DNA of 57,067 nt. It comes from Gammaproteobacteria bacterium. GTDB taxonomy: Bacteria; Pseudomonadota; Gammaproteobacteria; Ga0077536. How positions within the stretch are numbered: the first letter of the stretch is position 1; every line of letters starts with the position of its first letter. Where the stretch lies: contig JAURHQ010000004.1 of NCBI GenBank assembly GCA_030833185.1, positions 1-57,067 of the forward strand, written 5' to 3'. Below are positions 11,812 to 21,541 of this stretch, piece after piece. Made by a program: the position numbers and the translations under genes. The notes under the pieces were generated by a model. That model had not been told where the DNA came from. It made no database searches and saw only the letters and a program-made list of their open reading frames with translations.

Positions 11812-13149
11812 GTGGTTAGTTCCGGCGATACCATCGCGGCTATCGCCACCGCGCCCGGGCGTGGCGCGGTGGGCATTCTCAGAATCTCCGGCCCAGCTAC
11901 CGCCCACATAGCCACCCGTATTCTGGGCTGTTTGCCCACTCCGCGAGTCGCCACGTTGCGGCCGTTTAGCGACCTCAATCATCGCCTGCTTGACCACGGC
12001 ATTGCCTTGTTCTTCGCGGGCCCAGCGTCTTACACCGGCGAGGATTTGCTGGAACTCCAGGCGCACGGTGGGCCAGCCATCATGCGCGGTCTGCTGGCCG
12101 CAGCCTACGACGCCGGTGCCCGGCCCGCGCGGCCGGGCGAATTCACCCAGCGGGCTTTTTTGAACGGCAAAATCGACCTGCTTCAGGCCGAGTCCGTCGC
12201 CACGCTCATTGAAACCGCCAGCGCGCAGGCGGCGAGCGCGGCGGCCCGCGCCTGTGCGGGCGATTTCTCAACCGCCGTAACAAGCATTAACGATGCGCTC
12301 AAGACGCTGTGGGCGATGCTGGAAGCCAGCATCGATTTCGCAGAAGAGACCAGTGTTCAAACCGGGCCAATCGAGCAGGCGTTTGGCAACCTGCGTCATC
12401 AACTGTCTGACTTATTGCGGGATGCCCGTGCCGGCGCCCGTTTGAATCAGGGGCTTGATGTAGCGATCGTCGGGCGCCCGAATAGCGGAAAATCAACGCT
12501 CCTGAATCGACTCTGCCGCGACGACCGCGCCATCGTGACCGACATTCCCGGGACCACGCGGGATGTTCTCAGTGTCGACGTAGACCTCTCCGGCCTCGCC
12601 TTACGAGTCCACGATACGGCCGGCCTGCGCGAAACCGCCGACCCCATCGAGCAAGAGGGTCTTCGTCGCGCGCGCGCCTTGCTGAAGCGCTGCGACATCC
12701 TGCTCTACGTCGTCGCGCTGGATGATGCGGACCAAACCGAGCCGGCTGAGGTCGCGGCAGCAAGGGAACTTGGCCTGCCCGTGCTCACAGTGGCAAACAA
12801 ACGGGACCTGCTGGCAACGCAGCCTGCTGAAACGCCTCCAAAAGATAAAGTGTTCATCTCGGCCTTGACCGGAGAAGGCTTGGCGACGCTGGAGCAGGCG
12901 CTGCTTGATCTCGCCGGCGGTCGGGAAATTCTTGATGCCCCGTTTGTGGCGAGGGCACGTCACATCGAAGCGCTGGAACGCGCCTCCGCGCAACTCACGC
13001 AGGCCCAGCTTGAAAACGCCGACGGTGCGCCCGAACTCGCTTGCGAAGGACTGCGTCTCGCCAGTCGGGCGCTGGAGGAAATGACCGGCGCCTACACCAC
13101 CGAGGACCTGCTCGGTGACATTTTTTCGCGCTTCTGCATTGGCAAATAA
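11812..13149 (+). CDS. mnmE: tRNA modification GTPase MnmE (TrmE)
   Basis: The GTG at 11812, 3 nt after the yidC stop, gives VVSSGDTIAAIATAPGRGAVGILRISG. The G domain GRPNSGKSTLLN and DTAGLR motifs and the C-terminal CIGK are present. The 69-codon upstream extension in the track overlaps yidC and is rejected. Confidence 0.95.
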   Translation: MVSSGDTIAAIATAPGRGAVGILRISGPATAHIATRILGCLPTPRVATLRPFSDLNHRLLDHGIALFFAGPASYTGEDLLELQAHGGPAIMRGLLAAAYDAGARPARPGEFTQRAFLNGKIDLLQAESVATLIETASAQAASAAARACAGDFSTAVTSINDALKTLWAMLEASIDFAEETSVQTGPIEQAFGNLRHQLSDLLRDARAGARLNQGLDVAIVGRPNSGKSTLLNRLCRDDRAIVTDIPGTTRDVLSVDVDLSGLALRVHDTAGLRETADPIEQEGLRRARALLKRCDILLYVVALDDADQTEPAEVAAARELGLPVLTVANKRDLLATQPAETPPKDKVFISALTGEGLATLEQALLDLAGGREILDAPFVARARHIEALERASAQLTQAQLENADGAPELACEGLRLASRALEEMTGAYTTEDLLGDIFSRFCIGK

Positions 13150-14092
13150 CGCACACCACGCGCCCCGCGTTTTGCTGGTGACGCTCAGCAATATCGGCGA
13201 CCTCGTCCTCACGACGCCCGCGCTGATCGCGCTGCACGCGGCTTGGCCAACGGCACTCGTCGACGTGGTGGCCGACCAGCGTTCGAGTTCGCTGCTTGCG
13301 CATTGCCCATACCTTGGCGACGTCTTTTTGCGCGATAAAACCGCCGGCTTGCGCGGTTTGATAGCGCTGGTGCGCGCGCTCCGCCGCCGTCGCTATCTCG
13401 CCGTGGTTGATTTGCGCACCGATTTTCTGCCTTTTCTGCTGCGTACAGAACGCCGCAGCATGCGCTTCTTGGTTCGCCAGCACCTGCAAGATCTGCATTC
13501 GGTTGAGCAACACCTCGCCGTGGTCAATCACCTGTTGCAAGCGTCCGGCACACCACCAGCGCCAAGGGTGTGGTGGCCGGAGACCACGGCGACTTGGGCG
13601 ATGACGCAAAAGGCGCTGCTGCCAGGGCGGGTGCTCGCGCTGGCGCCAGGCGCTAACTGGGCCGGCAAATGCTGGCCACTAACAGCGTTTATCGACCTTG
13701 CGGGTCAGGTGGCGCCCCGCTTTGAGAGCTTGCTCTTGCTGGGCAGCGCGGCCGAACGCGACGCGGCCGAGGCCATCGCCGCCGCCTCGCCGCTGCCCAG
13801 TCTGAATCTGGCCGGCACGACGAGCTTACTCGAGGTGGCCGCTATCCTCGCGCACTGCGAAGCCTTCGTGGGCAACGACTCCGGCCTTGGCCATCTCGCG
13901 GCCGCCGCCGGCATTCCGACGCTGACGGTTTTCGGCCCCGGACAACCCGCACGCTATCGTCCCTGGGGGCCCTTGGCGGCAATCCTCTGCGCACCCGGCG
14001 GCGAACTGGCCGCACTGCCGGCGTCGCTGGTAGCCTCGGCCCTGTTTCGGCATTTGGCTGCCTGCAAAACAACCGATCAGGTCGGAGCCTAA
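13115..14092 (+). CDS. glycosyltransferase family 9 (LPS heptosyltransferase-like)
   Basis: It has the typical GT9 N-terminus (RVLLVTLSNIGDLVLTTPALIALHAAWP) and a C-terminal NDSGLGHLAAAAGIPTLTVFGP. The start is uncertain (GTG 13115 or TTG 13139). Confidence 0.8.
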   Translation: MTFFRASALANNAHHAPRVLLVTLSNIGDLVLTTPALIALHAAWPTALVDVVADQRSSSLLAHCPYLGDVFLRDKTAGLRGLIALVRALRRRRYLAVVDLRTDFLPFLLRTERRSMRFLVRQHLQDLHSVEQHLAVVNHLLQASGTPPAPRVWWPETTATWAMTQKALLPGRVLALAPGANWAGKCWPLTAFIDLAGQVAPRFESLLLLGSAAERDAAEAIAAASPLPSLNLAGTTSLLEVAAILAHCEAFVGNDSGLGHLAAAAGIPTLTVFGPGQPARYRPWGPLAAILCAPGGELAALPASLVASALFRHLAACKTTDQVGA

Positions 14093-14094
14093 GC

Positions 14095-14883
14095 ATGTCT
14101 GCAGACCCGCAATCCGCACTCCACTCGCTGCCCTGCTTTGTGATTAGCCTGCCGCGCGACGAAGAGCGGCGTGCGCATATGCAGGCGCAACTTTCGACGC
14201 TCGCGCTAAGCGCGGAATTTATCCCGGCGGTAGACGGACGCACGCTGGGCGCTGCAGAGCTTGCGGCCTACGACCAACAGCGTGCCCTGCAGGTCTATGG
14301 CGTGGAAATGATGCCGACGGAAATCGGCTGTTTTCTTAGCCATTACCGACTCTATGAACGCATGCTGCGCGAGGACATCAACGTGGCCTTGATCATGGAA
14401 GACGACCTTGAGGTCAGACCCGAATTTCCCGCAATTCTGGCCGACCTACTGGCCGACCCCGCGCCGCCCTGGCTGGTGGTCCGGTTTGAATCGCAGCGGG
14501 GCCGTGTGCGCGAACCAAGGACCCGCAAGGACCGCGGCACCACCGTGCGGCAACTGTCGGCCGGTGAACTGGTGAAACTCAACATCCACGTACTGGGCTT
14601 GGGTGCCTATCTGATTCGGCGCGAAGGGGCGCGGCGCATGGTCGCCTACGGGCGACAAATCTTCATGCCGATCGATCAGGCCATGGACCGATTCTGGGAA
14701 AGCGGTATCGAGCCCTATGTGGTCCGCCCAATGCAGGTCCGGCAACGACCCGATCTCGTGTCACGCATCGGGACGCGCGCTTATGAACGACGGGCCGGTG
14801 TGCCGCTGTGGGTTAAATTCCGGCGGCGTTTGCAGCGAATGAGCGACAGCTTCAACAAGCGCTGGTACTGGCTACGTCACTGA
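14095..14883 (+). CDS. glycosyltransferase family 25 (LOS/LPS beta-1,4-glycosyltransferase-like)
   Basis: The N-terminus VISLPRDEERRAHMQAQL...FIPAVDG and the motif GCFLSHYRLYE are typical of the GT25 family. Confidence 0.75.
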   Translation: MSADPQSALHSLPCFVISLPRDEERRAHMQAQLSTLALSAEFIPAVDGRTLGAAELAAYDQQRALQVYGVEMMPTEIGCFLSHYRLYERMLREDINVALIMEDDLEVRPEFPAILADLLADPAPPWLVVRFESQRGRVREPRTRKDRGTTVRQLSAGELVKLNIHVLGLGAYLIRREGARRMVAYGRQIFMPIDQAMDRFWESGIEPYVVRPMQVRQRPDLVSRIGTRAYERRAGVPLWVKFRRRLQRMSDSFNKRWYWLRH

Positions 14884-15992
14884 GCGGCGAGGATCTGCGC
14901 CAGTTTCTGCGCGGCATCGCCTTCGCCGTACACGCTGGCGCGTACCGCAAGGCGCGCATACGCCGCCTGGTTGTCCAGCAAGCGTGTGACGCACTCGACG
15001 ATCGCCGCGCCTTCCACGCCGGCGAGTACCGCGGTGCCGGCATCAACACCTTCCTGACGCTCGGTCACTTTGCGCATCACCACCGTCGGGCGACCTAACT
15101 CAACGGCCTCTTCCTGCACCCCGCCCGAGTCTGTCATCACCAGATAGCAGCGGGCCAGCAGATGCGCGAAGGCCGGATAGTCGAGCGGCGCGGTGAGATG
15201 CACGTTCGGCAAGGCGCCGAGGATCTCATGCGCAGGGCCCATCACCTGCGGATTGGGATGCACCGGAAAAACGAAATGCGTGGTATCGAAGCGGCGCGCC
15301 AGCGAGGCGACCGCCTGCATGATTTCGCTGATATCAGCGCCAAAACTCTCGCGACGATGGCAGGTCACGAGCACCAGCCGCCCGTTCATCAAAGACGCCG
15401 CATGCGCCCTTAGTGCTTCCGGCCAGACTGGGGCCACATGCTTCAACACCCAATGCAGCGAGTCGATCGCGGTATTGCCGGTGAGATGGATTTGGCATTC
15501 GGCTACGCCCTCCGCCAGCAGATTGCTGACGGCGCGCGGCGTCGGGGCAAAATGCAAATCAGCGATGTCGGCAATCAGCCGGCGATAAACTTCTTCGGGA
15601 AACGGGCCGTACTTGTCGCCCGTGCGTAGCCCAGCCTCGACGTGCGCCACCGGGGTCTGTCGCAAGTAGGCCGCCAAAGCGCCCACAAACGCGGTCGCGG
15701 TATCGCCCTGCACGACGACCCACGCGGGCATCACGCTCGCCATCACGCCGGCCAGACCGGGCAACATCGCGCCGATCAAATCAAACTGCGACTGGCCTGC
15801 CTGCATCAGCTTGAGGTCAAAGTCGGGAACGATTTGCAGCGCCGCCAGTGTGTCGGCCAGCAGTTCCCGGTGTTGCCCGGTGACGGCCACAAAGACGCTG
15901 AATTCCGGCCGCTCGCGTAGCGCGCGAAACACCGGCGCCAGCTTGATGGCCTCGGGCCGGGTGCCCATCACAATCAGTACAGGTTTTGTCAT
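14877..15992 (-). CDS. wecB: UDP-N-acetylglucosamine 2-epimerase (non-hydrolysing)
   Basis: 371 aa ORF with VLIVMGTRPEAIKLAPV, HVEAGLRT and DSGGVQEE motifs. Confidence 0.92.
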   Translation of the reverse strand: MTKPVLIVMGTRPEAIKLAPVFRALRERPEFSVFVAVTGQHRELLADTLAALQIVPDFDLKLMQAGQSQFDLIGAMLPGLAGVMASVMPAWVVVQGDTATAFVGALAAYLRQTPVAHVEAGLRTGDKYGPFPEEVYRRLIADIADLHFAPTPRAVSNLLAEGVAECQIHLTGNTAIDSLHWVLKHVAPVWPEALRAHAASLMNGRLVLVTCHRRESFGADISEIMQAVASLARRFDTTHFVFPVHPNPQVMGPAHEILGALPNVHLTAPLDYPAFAHLLARCYLVMTDSGGVQEEAVELGRPTVVMRKVTERQEGVDAGTAVLAGVEGAAIVECVTRLLDNQAAYARLAVRASVYGEGDAAQKLAQILAAQ

Positions 15993-16009
15993 CGCGCGGA
16001 GTCTAAAGG

Positions 16010-17119
16010 CTATCGGCGGTGCTGTGCGACGACAGCTTCGAAGATGGCGGCGGTCTGGCGCGCAATGCCTTGCCAGGTGAATTGCTCTAACACCGCTGCG
16101 CGCGACGCCTCACCCATGCGCGCACGGCGCGCCGGGTCTGCGGCCAGCGCGTTGACGGCGTCGGCCAGTGCCTGCGGATCAGACCGCGGCACCAGCAGCC
16201 CGTTGACACCGGAGGTGACCAGCGCAGGAATGCCGCCCACCGCACTGCCAATCAGCGGAAGCCCGCAGGCCATGGCTTCGAGTCCGGCGATACTGGTCGC
16301 TTCCATCAAGGAGGGCAGCAGCGCGACATCGGCGGCCTGATAAATCGAGGGCATCGCGCTGTTAGGCGCTTCGCCCGCCAGCACGGCGCGCGCGCGGGTG
16401 CCATCCCGCGCCAGAATTTCCGTGATGGCGGCGCGCTCCGCGCCCTCGCCCACGAACACAAAGCGCACTTCAGGCCTGGTATGGGCCAAGGCCTGCGCCG
16501 CTACCACCACGCCATTCTTGGCCACCAGTCGACGGGCAATCACCGCGACCAACTCGCCGCCACTTGCACCCCAGCTCGCGCGGATGGCGGGCGCATGGCC
16601 GGGCGCAAACCGCGTCGCGTCCACACCGTTCGGCAGATAGCTCACCGGCCCTTGATAGCCCGCGCGCTGGCTGGCCTCCGCCAGCTCCTCGCTGGGCGCC
16701 AGAATGTGCGCGCAGCCGGCGAGCAGCTTGCCCAGCCGCTGCAGCCGCGCACCGCCGCCGGCCAGCGTTTTAAGAAATCCCGAGGTGTGATTGGTGAACA
16801 CGACCGGCAGGCCGGTGCTGAGCGCCGCCCGCAGCGGCCGCAGCCCGTGCACATGAATCAAATCGGCTGGCGAGCGCTGCAGTTGTTGCCGGCACCAGCG
16901 CCCCAGCAGGAGATCATGAAACGGCTGCGCCCGCAGCCAGGGCGAATAGCGCAAGGTGTGGTCCTCATTAAGCGCCGCTCCCGGCCAGGGCGGCGCCACC
17001 ACCGTGACGGCGAGGCCCGCCGTGCGCAGGGCTCGCGCCAGCTCATACACATGCGTCGCCACGCCGCCGACGCGCGGCGGGTATTCGCTGGTCAGACACA
17101 GCACCCGCAGCGCGCTCAT
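16010..17119 (-). CDS. glycosyltransferase family 4 (GT-B, group 1)
   Basis: Starting at the internal ATG 17119 gives MSALRVLCLTSEYPPRVGGVATHVYELARAL. The E(X7)E-type C-terminal region is present (PSLMEATSIAGLEAMACGLP). This ATG overlaps the upstream gene's stop (ATGA), so the 60-codon Arg-rich extension in the track is rejected. Confidence 0.85.
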   Translation of the reverse strand: MSALRVLCLTSEYPPRVGGVATHVYELARALRTAGLAVTVVAPPWPGAALNEDHTLRYSPWLRAQPFHDLLLGRWCRQQLQRSPADLIHVHGLRPLRAALSTGLPVVFTNHTSGFLKTLAGGGARLQRLGKLLAGCAHILAPSEELAEASQRAGYQGPVSYLPNGVDATRFAPGHAPAIRASWGASGGELVAVIARRLVAKNGVVVAAQALAHTRPEVRFVFVGEGAERAAITEILARDGTRARAVLAGEAPNSAMPSIYQAADVALLPSLMEATSIAGLEAMACGLPLIGSAVGGIPALVTSGVNGLLVPRSDPQALADAVNALAADPARRARMGEASRAAVLEQFTWQGIARQTAAIFEAVVAQHRR

Positions 17120-18312
17120 GCGTCCAGGCACCGGCCGCTGGCGCCGGCAGTCGCGCTGTAGGCGACGCCCACGAAGCATAACCAGCCCACCCAGTGTCCT
17201 CGCGAGAAGGGATAACCCACCAGCCACACGCCCATCGCGGCCGCGAGCACGGCCAGCCCGGCGGCCCGGCCGGGTGCGGCGTGTCGCAAAGTCAGGCACA
17301 ACAAATAGCCCAGCGCCGCGTAAAACAGCAGCACACCGGGCAAGCCTTGTTCGAGCTGTACCTGCAACAACACGTTGTGCGGATACGACGGCATGTCAGC
17401 GGGATGCTGGGTCAAGGGCATGACGTACGGCGTAAACGGCGCGGTGTCGCTATTCAGAAAGCCGTAGCCCAGCAGCGGCCGTTCGGCGATGAGCTGCCCG
17501 GTCAACGCCCAGATGTCGAGCCGGTGACGCCAGGAATAATCGCCCAGCTGCGCGGTAATCCAGCTGATGTTGCCCAGAAACGGGCTGATCGCATGTATCA
17601 CCCCGCAACCGAGCGCAATGGCCCACGCCGTAAGTCGCGGTGCGACCCAGGCCAGCGCGTAGACGGCGGCCGCCACCGCGCAGGCCAGGCGCGGCGCCGT
17701 GCCCACACCCGCGAATGCGCACCAGCCGACGAGCAACAGGCTAAAGCCGCCCAGGGCCAGCCAACGGCGCGGCAGCCCGTTGCTGGCGGCAAGACCCACC
17801 CATACCAGAATGGCCAGCGCGGCCGTCGGCACGTTGAGCTTGATCCCCGCGACGGGGTGGTCGGCGCCGGGCAAAAAGCTGCGCAGCAGAAAATCAAACT
17901 TGATTTGCACCGCGAGCAGCAAGGCGGCAAGCGCTAGCCCCATGAGGAAAGCCTGCCGGAGGCGGCGATGCTGGCCGCCTTCCCGGGCCAGCAGGTGCGC
18001 CATCAGGCTGAGCGGAAGCACCTCGAGCAGAAACAGCGCGGCGTCGCCGGCCGCGGCCGCGCGATCAACGGCCCAGAACCAGCCCAGCAAACCCCACAGG
18101 CCGACCAACAGCGCGAGCTGGCTTACCACGGCCCGGCTCAGCCCGTCGTATAGCGCCTGACGATTGAGCCACAGCCAGCACAGCGCCACGACCGGACCGA
18201 TCAGGCCGGTCGGCGTTGGCGCCAGCACAAACAGCACCGGCATCGCGCACAAAAAGGCGGCGACGCCGGTCGTCCGGAGCGGGACGTCAACGGTCTCGGG
18301 CAAGGCGGGCAC
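17116..18312 (-). CDS. O-antigen ligase / Wzy_C-domain polytopic membrane protein (WaaL-like)
   Basis: 398 aa hydrophobic multi-TM protein with a Wzy_C-type loop (SWRHRLDIW...GYGF...PHNVLLQVQLEQGLPG). Confidence 0.75.
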   Translation of the reverse strand: MPALPETVDVPLRTTGVAAFLCAMPVLFVLAPTPTGLIGPVVALCWLWLNRQALYDGLSRAVVSQLALLVGLWGLLGWFWAVDRAAAAGDAALFLLEVLPLSLMAHLLAREGGQHRRLRQAFLMGLALAALLLAVQIKFDFLLRSFLPGADHPVAGIKLNVPTAALAILVWVGLAASNGLPRRWLALGGFSLLLVGWCAFAGVGTAPRLACAVAAAVYALAWVAPRLTAWAIALGCGVIHAISPFLGNISWITAQLGDYSWRHRLDIWALTGQLIAERPLLGYGFLNSDTAPFTPYVMPLTQHPADMPSYPHNVLLQVQLEQGLPGVLLFYAALGYLLCLTLRHAAPGRAAGLAVLAAAMGVWLVGYPFSRGHWVGWLCFVGVAYSATAGASGRCLDA

Positions 18313-18454
18313 GGCGGATTGGGCTGTGGTGAAGCGCGAGGGAAGGAGCGGCCAGTGTAAAAGATAAAGACCCTGGCCTCACCATCGCGCATGCATCTTG
18401 GGCTGGTTTTGATTAGGCTTCGCCGCGGTTCCCGTCTGGCTCACCGTTTTACCC

Positions 18455-19906
18455 ATGATAAATCTCGCCTCATCCGCCTCAGGGCCCGCCCGCTGGTCAG
18501 TGCCCACCGTACTGCTCGCGCTGGTGACGGTGCTGTTGTCCTTCGGCGGGGTGCTGGTGCAGGAAGTGCACGGCACGGCGGTGTTCTACGCCGCCATGGC
18601 GCGCGAGATGGTTGAGACCGGCGACCTGCTCTCGCCCTTCCGCGGCGAGACCGGCTATTTGCTGAAACCACCGCTGGCGTTCTGGTGGGGCGCCGCCAAT
18701 AGCCTCGTGCTCGGCTACAGCAATCTCGCCATGACCCTGCCGTCGCGGCTCGGTGGGCTGGCTTGCGTGTGGATGACCGCACTGCTCGCGCGTCACATCC
18801 ACGGCAAGGCCTCGGCCGCCTGGTTTGCCGCGCTGCTGTTCATGGCGAACGGCATCTACATTCAGTTCACCACCGCCTTCCGCCTTGATTCGCTGATGAC
18901 CTTTGGCGCCCTGCTGGTGCTCTGGGGCTACTTCAATCTCCCGCGCGGCCGGGGCGCCGCTGCGCTCTGGGGCGGTATCGCGCTGTCGCTGATGACCAAA
19001 GGCCCCATGGTGCTGGTGATGTTGCTGGTGTTGCTGCCGCACGCCATGGTCTCTCGCCACTGGCTTGGTGCGCGGCCGGCCTTGCTGCGCTGGGCACCAT
19101 TAATGCTGGTGCCGGTCGTCTGGTACGGCTTCATCCTGATGTTTCATGGGGAAGAGCTCTCGCGCCAGCTCACGCAGGATTTCTGGCGGGGCGACACCAG
19201 CAAGCTCAGCCGCTTCGACTCCGTCTGGCTCGAATATGTCACCAAGCCGCAGCAGCGGCTGGGTCCTTGGCTGATCCTGATCTTCCTCGCCCTGATTCAT
19301 GAAAGCCGTGTGCTGTTGAGCGCGGCTTACGCGCGGCGCCGCCGCGCTGATGCCGCGCTGTTGCTCGCGCTGGCGGGCATGAACTTCGTCATCGCGGTGC
19401 TCAAGCCCGACCCGGACGTGCGCTACCTCTACTCGGTGCTGCCGCTGCTGGCGGTGATGGTCGGCGGCATGGTCAGTGGCTGGGTGGGCGGTGAAGTGCC
19501 ACGCTGGGCAGCCGTGTTATGCGCGGCGGTGCTGTGCGCGCTGGCGCCGGCGGTGGTCTGGTACAACGCCGAGCGCATGGACGAGCGCCGCGGACTGTTG
19601 GCCATGGAGGCCTTGGCCGCGCGCGGCGAACTGCAGGCCAGCAACAGCGTCCTGATGGTGGAGAACATCCCCAACCCCAAGGCGCCACGCCGCAACGACC
19701 CGGTGCCGGATGCGGTGTATTTCTACTTCGGCTTGAAGCTGGACCGGATTCTGCGGCTGCCCGCCGAGGGCGATTTGCCGCCCGCCGTGCGCTTTCTGTT
19801 GGTGCCGCGGGTCCCGCGGCTGCTGGAAGAAGCGCAAGGCCTCAACTGGACGACCCGCGCGCAGTCCGAAAAATTCCGCCTGCTGGAACGGCCCGCCGCG
19901 CCCTGA
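18455..19906 (+). CDS. GT39/GT83-type (PMT_2, ArnT-like) polyprenyl-phosphate-sugar-dependent glycosyltransferase
   Basis: 483 aa multi-TM protein with an N-terminal loop motif (YAAMAREMVETGDLLSPFRGETGYLLKPPLAFWW) characteristic of the ArnT/PMT_2 family. Confidence 0.75.
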   Translation: MINLASSASGPARWSVPTVLLALVTVLLSFGGVLVQEVHGTAVFYAAMAREMVETGDLLSPFRGETGYLLKPPLAFWWGAANSLVLGYSNLAMTLPSRLGGLACVWMTALLARHIHGKASAAWFAALLFMANGIYIQFTTAFRLDSLMTFGALLVLWGYFNLPRGRGAAALWGGIALSLMTKGPMVLVMLLVLLPHAMVSRHWLGARPALLRWAPLMLVPVVWYGFILMFHGEELSRQLTQDFWRGDTSKLSRFDSVWLEYVTKPQQRLGPWLILIFLALIHESRVLLSAAYARRRRADAALLLALAGMNFVIAVLKPDPDVRYLYSVLPLLAVMVGGMVSGWVGGEVPRWAAVLCAAVLCALAPAVVWYNAERMDERRGLLAMEALAARGELQASNSVLMVENIPNPKAPRRNDPVPDAVYFYFGLKLDRILRLPAEGDLPPAVRFLLVPRVPRLLEEAQGLNWTTRAQSEKFRLLERPAAP

Positions 19907-19924
19907 GCAAATCGTCGCGTTGCT

Positions 19925-20548
19925 TTAGCGCGAGGCGGCGATGAGTTCAGCGATGCGCGGCAAACGCTCGCTGCCCCAGAACAATTCGCCGTTCACGCGC
20001 CAGCTGGGTACGCCAAACACACCAGAGGCTTCGGCCTCGCGCTGAATCCCGGCGTAGCGCGCCCGGCCCGCCTCGTCACACCAGGCCGCAAAATGCGCGG
20101 CCGGTGCGCCCGCTTGCTCAAGCTGCTCAGCGATGGCGCGGGCATCTTCCAGATCCAGCGCGCGCCGCCAGAAGCTGGCGAAAACCGCGTCGTGATACGC
20201 CCGCCACACACCGTGTTCCACCGCAAACAGGAAGGCGAGGTGGGCCAGGCTGCTGTCAAATATCTTGCGCGGCCCGCGCAGGACAAGGCCGCGCCGGGTC
20301 GCCTCCCGGCGGCAATCCATGTAGGCGTAGCGCACGCGCCGCCACTGATGGGCGTTGCGGTCTTCGCGCAAGGTCTGCCCGCTGGCATCGACTTCCGCGC
20401 TGCCCAGGTAGCTCGGGATGTCGAGCGTGTAGGGCAGACGCTCTATCTCGATGCCGAACTCGCGCTCCAGATTGTCCGTCGCGTTTTGCGCGAGGTAGGC
20501 ATAGGGACTTTTGTAGTCAAAAAAGTGCTGTACCAGGCGCGTGGACAT
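19925..20548 (-). CDS. DsbA-like thioredoxin-fold protein, 2-hydroxychromene-2-carboxylate isomerase family
   Basis: 207 aa ORF with the N-terminal FFDYKSPYAYLA signature (no CxxC) and a C-terminal GVFGVPSWRVNGELFWGSERL typical of the HCCA isomerase/DsbA family. Confidence 0.7.
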   Translation of the reverse strand: MSTRLVQHFFDYKSPYAYLAQNATDNLEREFGIEIERLPYTLDIPSYLGSAEVDASGQTLREDRNAHQWRRVRYAYMDCRREATRRGLVLRGPRKIFDSSLAHLAFLFAVEHGVWRAYHDAVFASFWRRALDLEDARAIAEQLEQAGAPAAHFAAWCDEAGRARYAGIQREAEASGVFGVPSWRVNGELFWGSERLPRIAELIAASR

Positions 20549-20554
20549 CGTGGG

Positions 20555-21541
20555 TCATCCTGTGGCTTGAGACGCGATGAGGCCGGCGCTGGCGAGTTTT
20601 GCCAAGACCATCGCGGGGCTGATGCGCGCGAGGCAGTCGGCGGTTCGCTGCCCCGCCAGATCCGGCAGCAGGCGGACGCCTGCCAGCACGTTGTCCGCCT
20701 GACCGAGCGCATGGTTGCGCGCCCAGTCCGAAGGCCCGAATAGCGCAAACACCGGCACGCCGGCGGCCGCGCACGCGTGCATCGGGCCAGAGTCATTCGT
20801 CACCGCGAAGCGCGCCTGCGCAGCCAGCGCCGCCAACTGCGCGATGCGGAAGCGTCCGGTGCTGTCGATGCCGGTGCGCGCGGCTAATTGCCGATTTCGC
20901 GCCACATCGTCACTGCCGCCCAGCCAGACGGTGGTCAGCCCTTGGGCCGCCAAGGCCAGCGCCAGTTCGCCAAAGCCCGGCCAGCATTTGTCTTGTCGAC
21001 TCGCGCTGGCGCCGGCGTGCATCACCACGAACTGGCCGGCCTGCAAGCCGGCCTCTTTGATGAAGGCCCTAACCTCGGCCAGTGCCGAGCCGGCGCAGGG
21101 CAGCACCGGCCGCGGCGCGGCTGCCGGGAGGCCGGCCGCCTCCAGCACCGCATTCAGCCGGGTAAACACATGGCTTTGCTCGTCCCACGGCGCCGCCGGA
21201 TGCACGTTGTAGGGGTAGTGCAGATGGCTGCCAATCCGGCGCGGAATGCCCGACAGCGTGCACAGCAGACGGGAGCGGTCGTTGCCCTGCAGGTCGAATA
21301 CCTCACTAAAACCCTGGCTCCGGATGAAGCCCAGCGTGGCCGTCATCGCGCGCCAGCCGCGGCGCTGCCAGGCCACCACCCGCAGGTCGGCCCAATCGGT
21401 AAACAGGCCCGCGAAGGGTGGCGTGGTCAGCAGCGTCACGCTGCCGGCGGGCCGCGCTTTCATGATGGCGTCCACCAGCGCGGTGGCGATGATCACATCG
21501 CCCAGCGCACCCTGTTTGATGATGAGCGTGCTCACGCCCAC
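20555..21541 (-). CDS. glycosyltransferase family 9 (LPS heptosyltransferase-like)
   Basis: It has LIIKQGALGDVIIATALVDAI at the N-terminus and NDSGPMHACAAAGVPVFALFGPS at the C-terminus. Whether it is waaC or waaF cannot be assigned by eye. Confidence 0.85.
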   Translation of the reverse strand: MGVSTLIIKQGALGDVIIATALVDAIMKARPAGSVTLLTTPPFAGLFTDWADLRVVAWQRRGWRAMTATLGFIRSQGFSEVFDLQGNDRSRLLCTLSGIPRRIGSHLHYPYNVHPAAPWDEQSHVFTRLNAVLEAAGLPAAAPRPVLPCAGSALAEVRAFIKEAGLQAGQFVVMHAGASASRQDKCWPGFGELALALAAQGLTTVWLGGSDDVARNRQLAARTGIDSTGRFRIAQLAALAAQARFAVTNDSGPMHACAAAGVPVFALFGPSDWARNHALGQADNVLAGVRLLPDLAGQRTADCLARISPAMVLAKLASAGLIASQATG

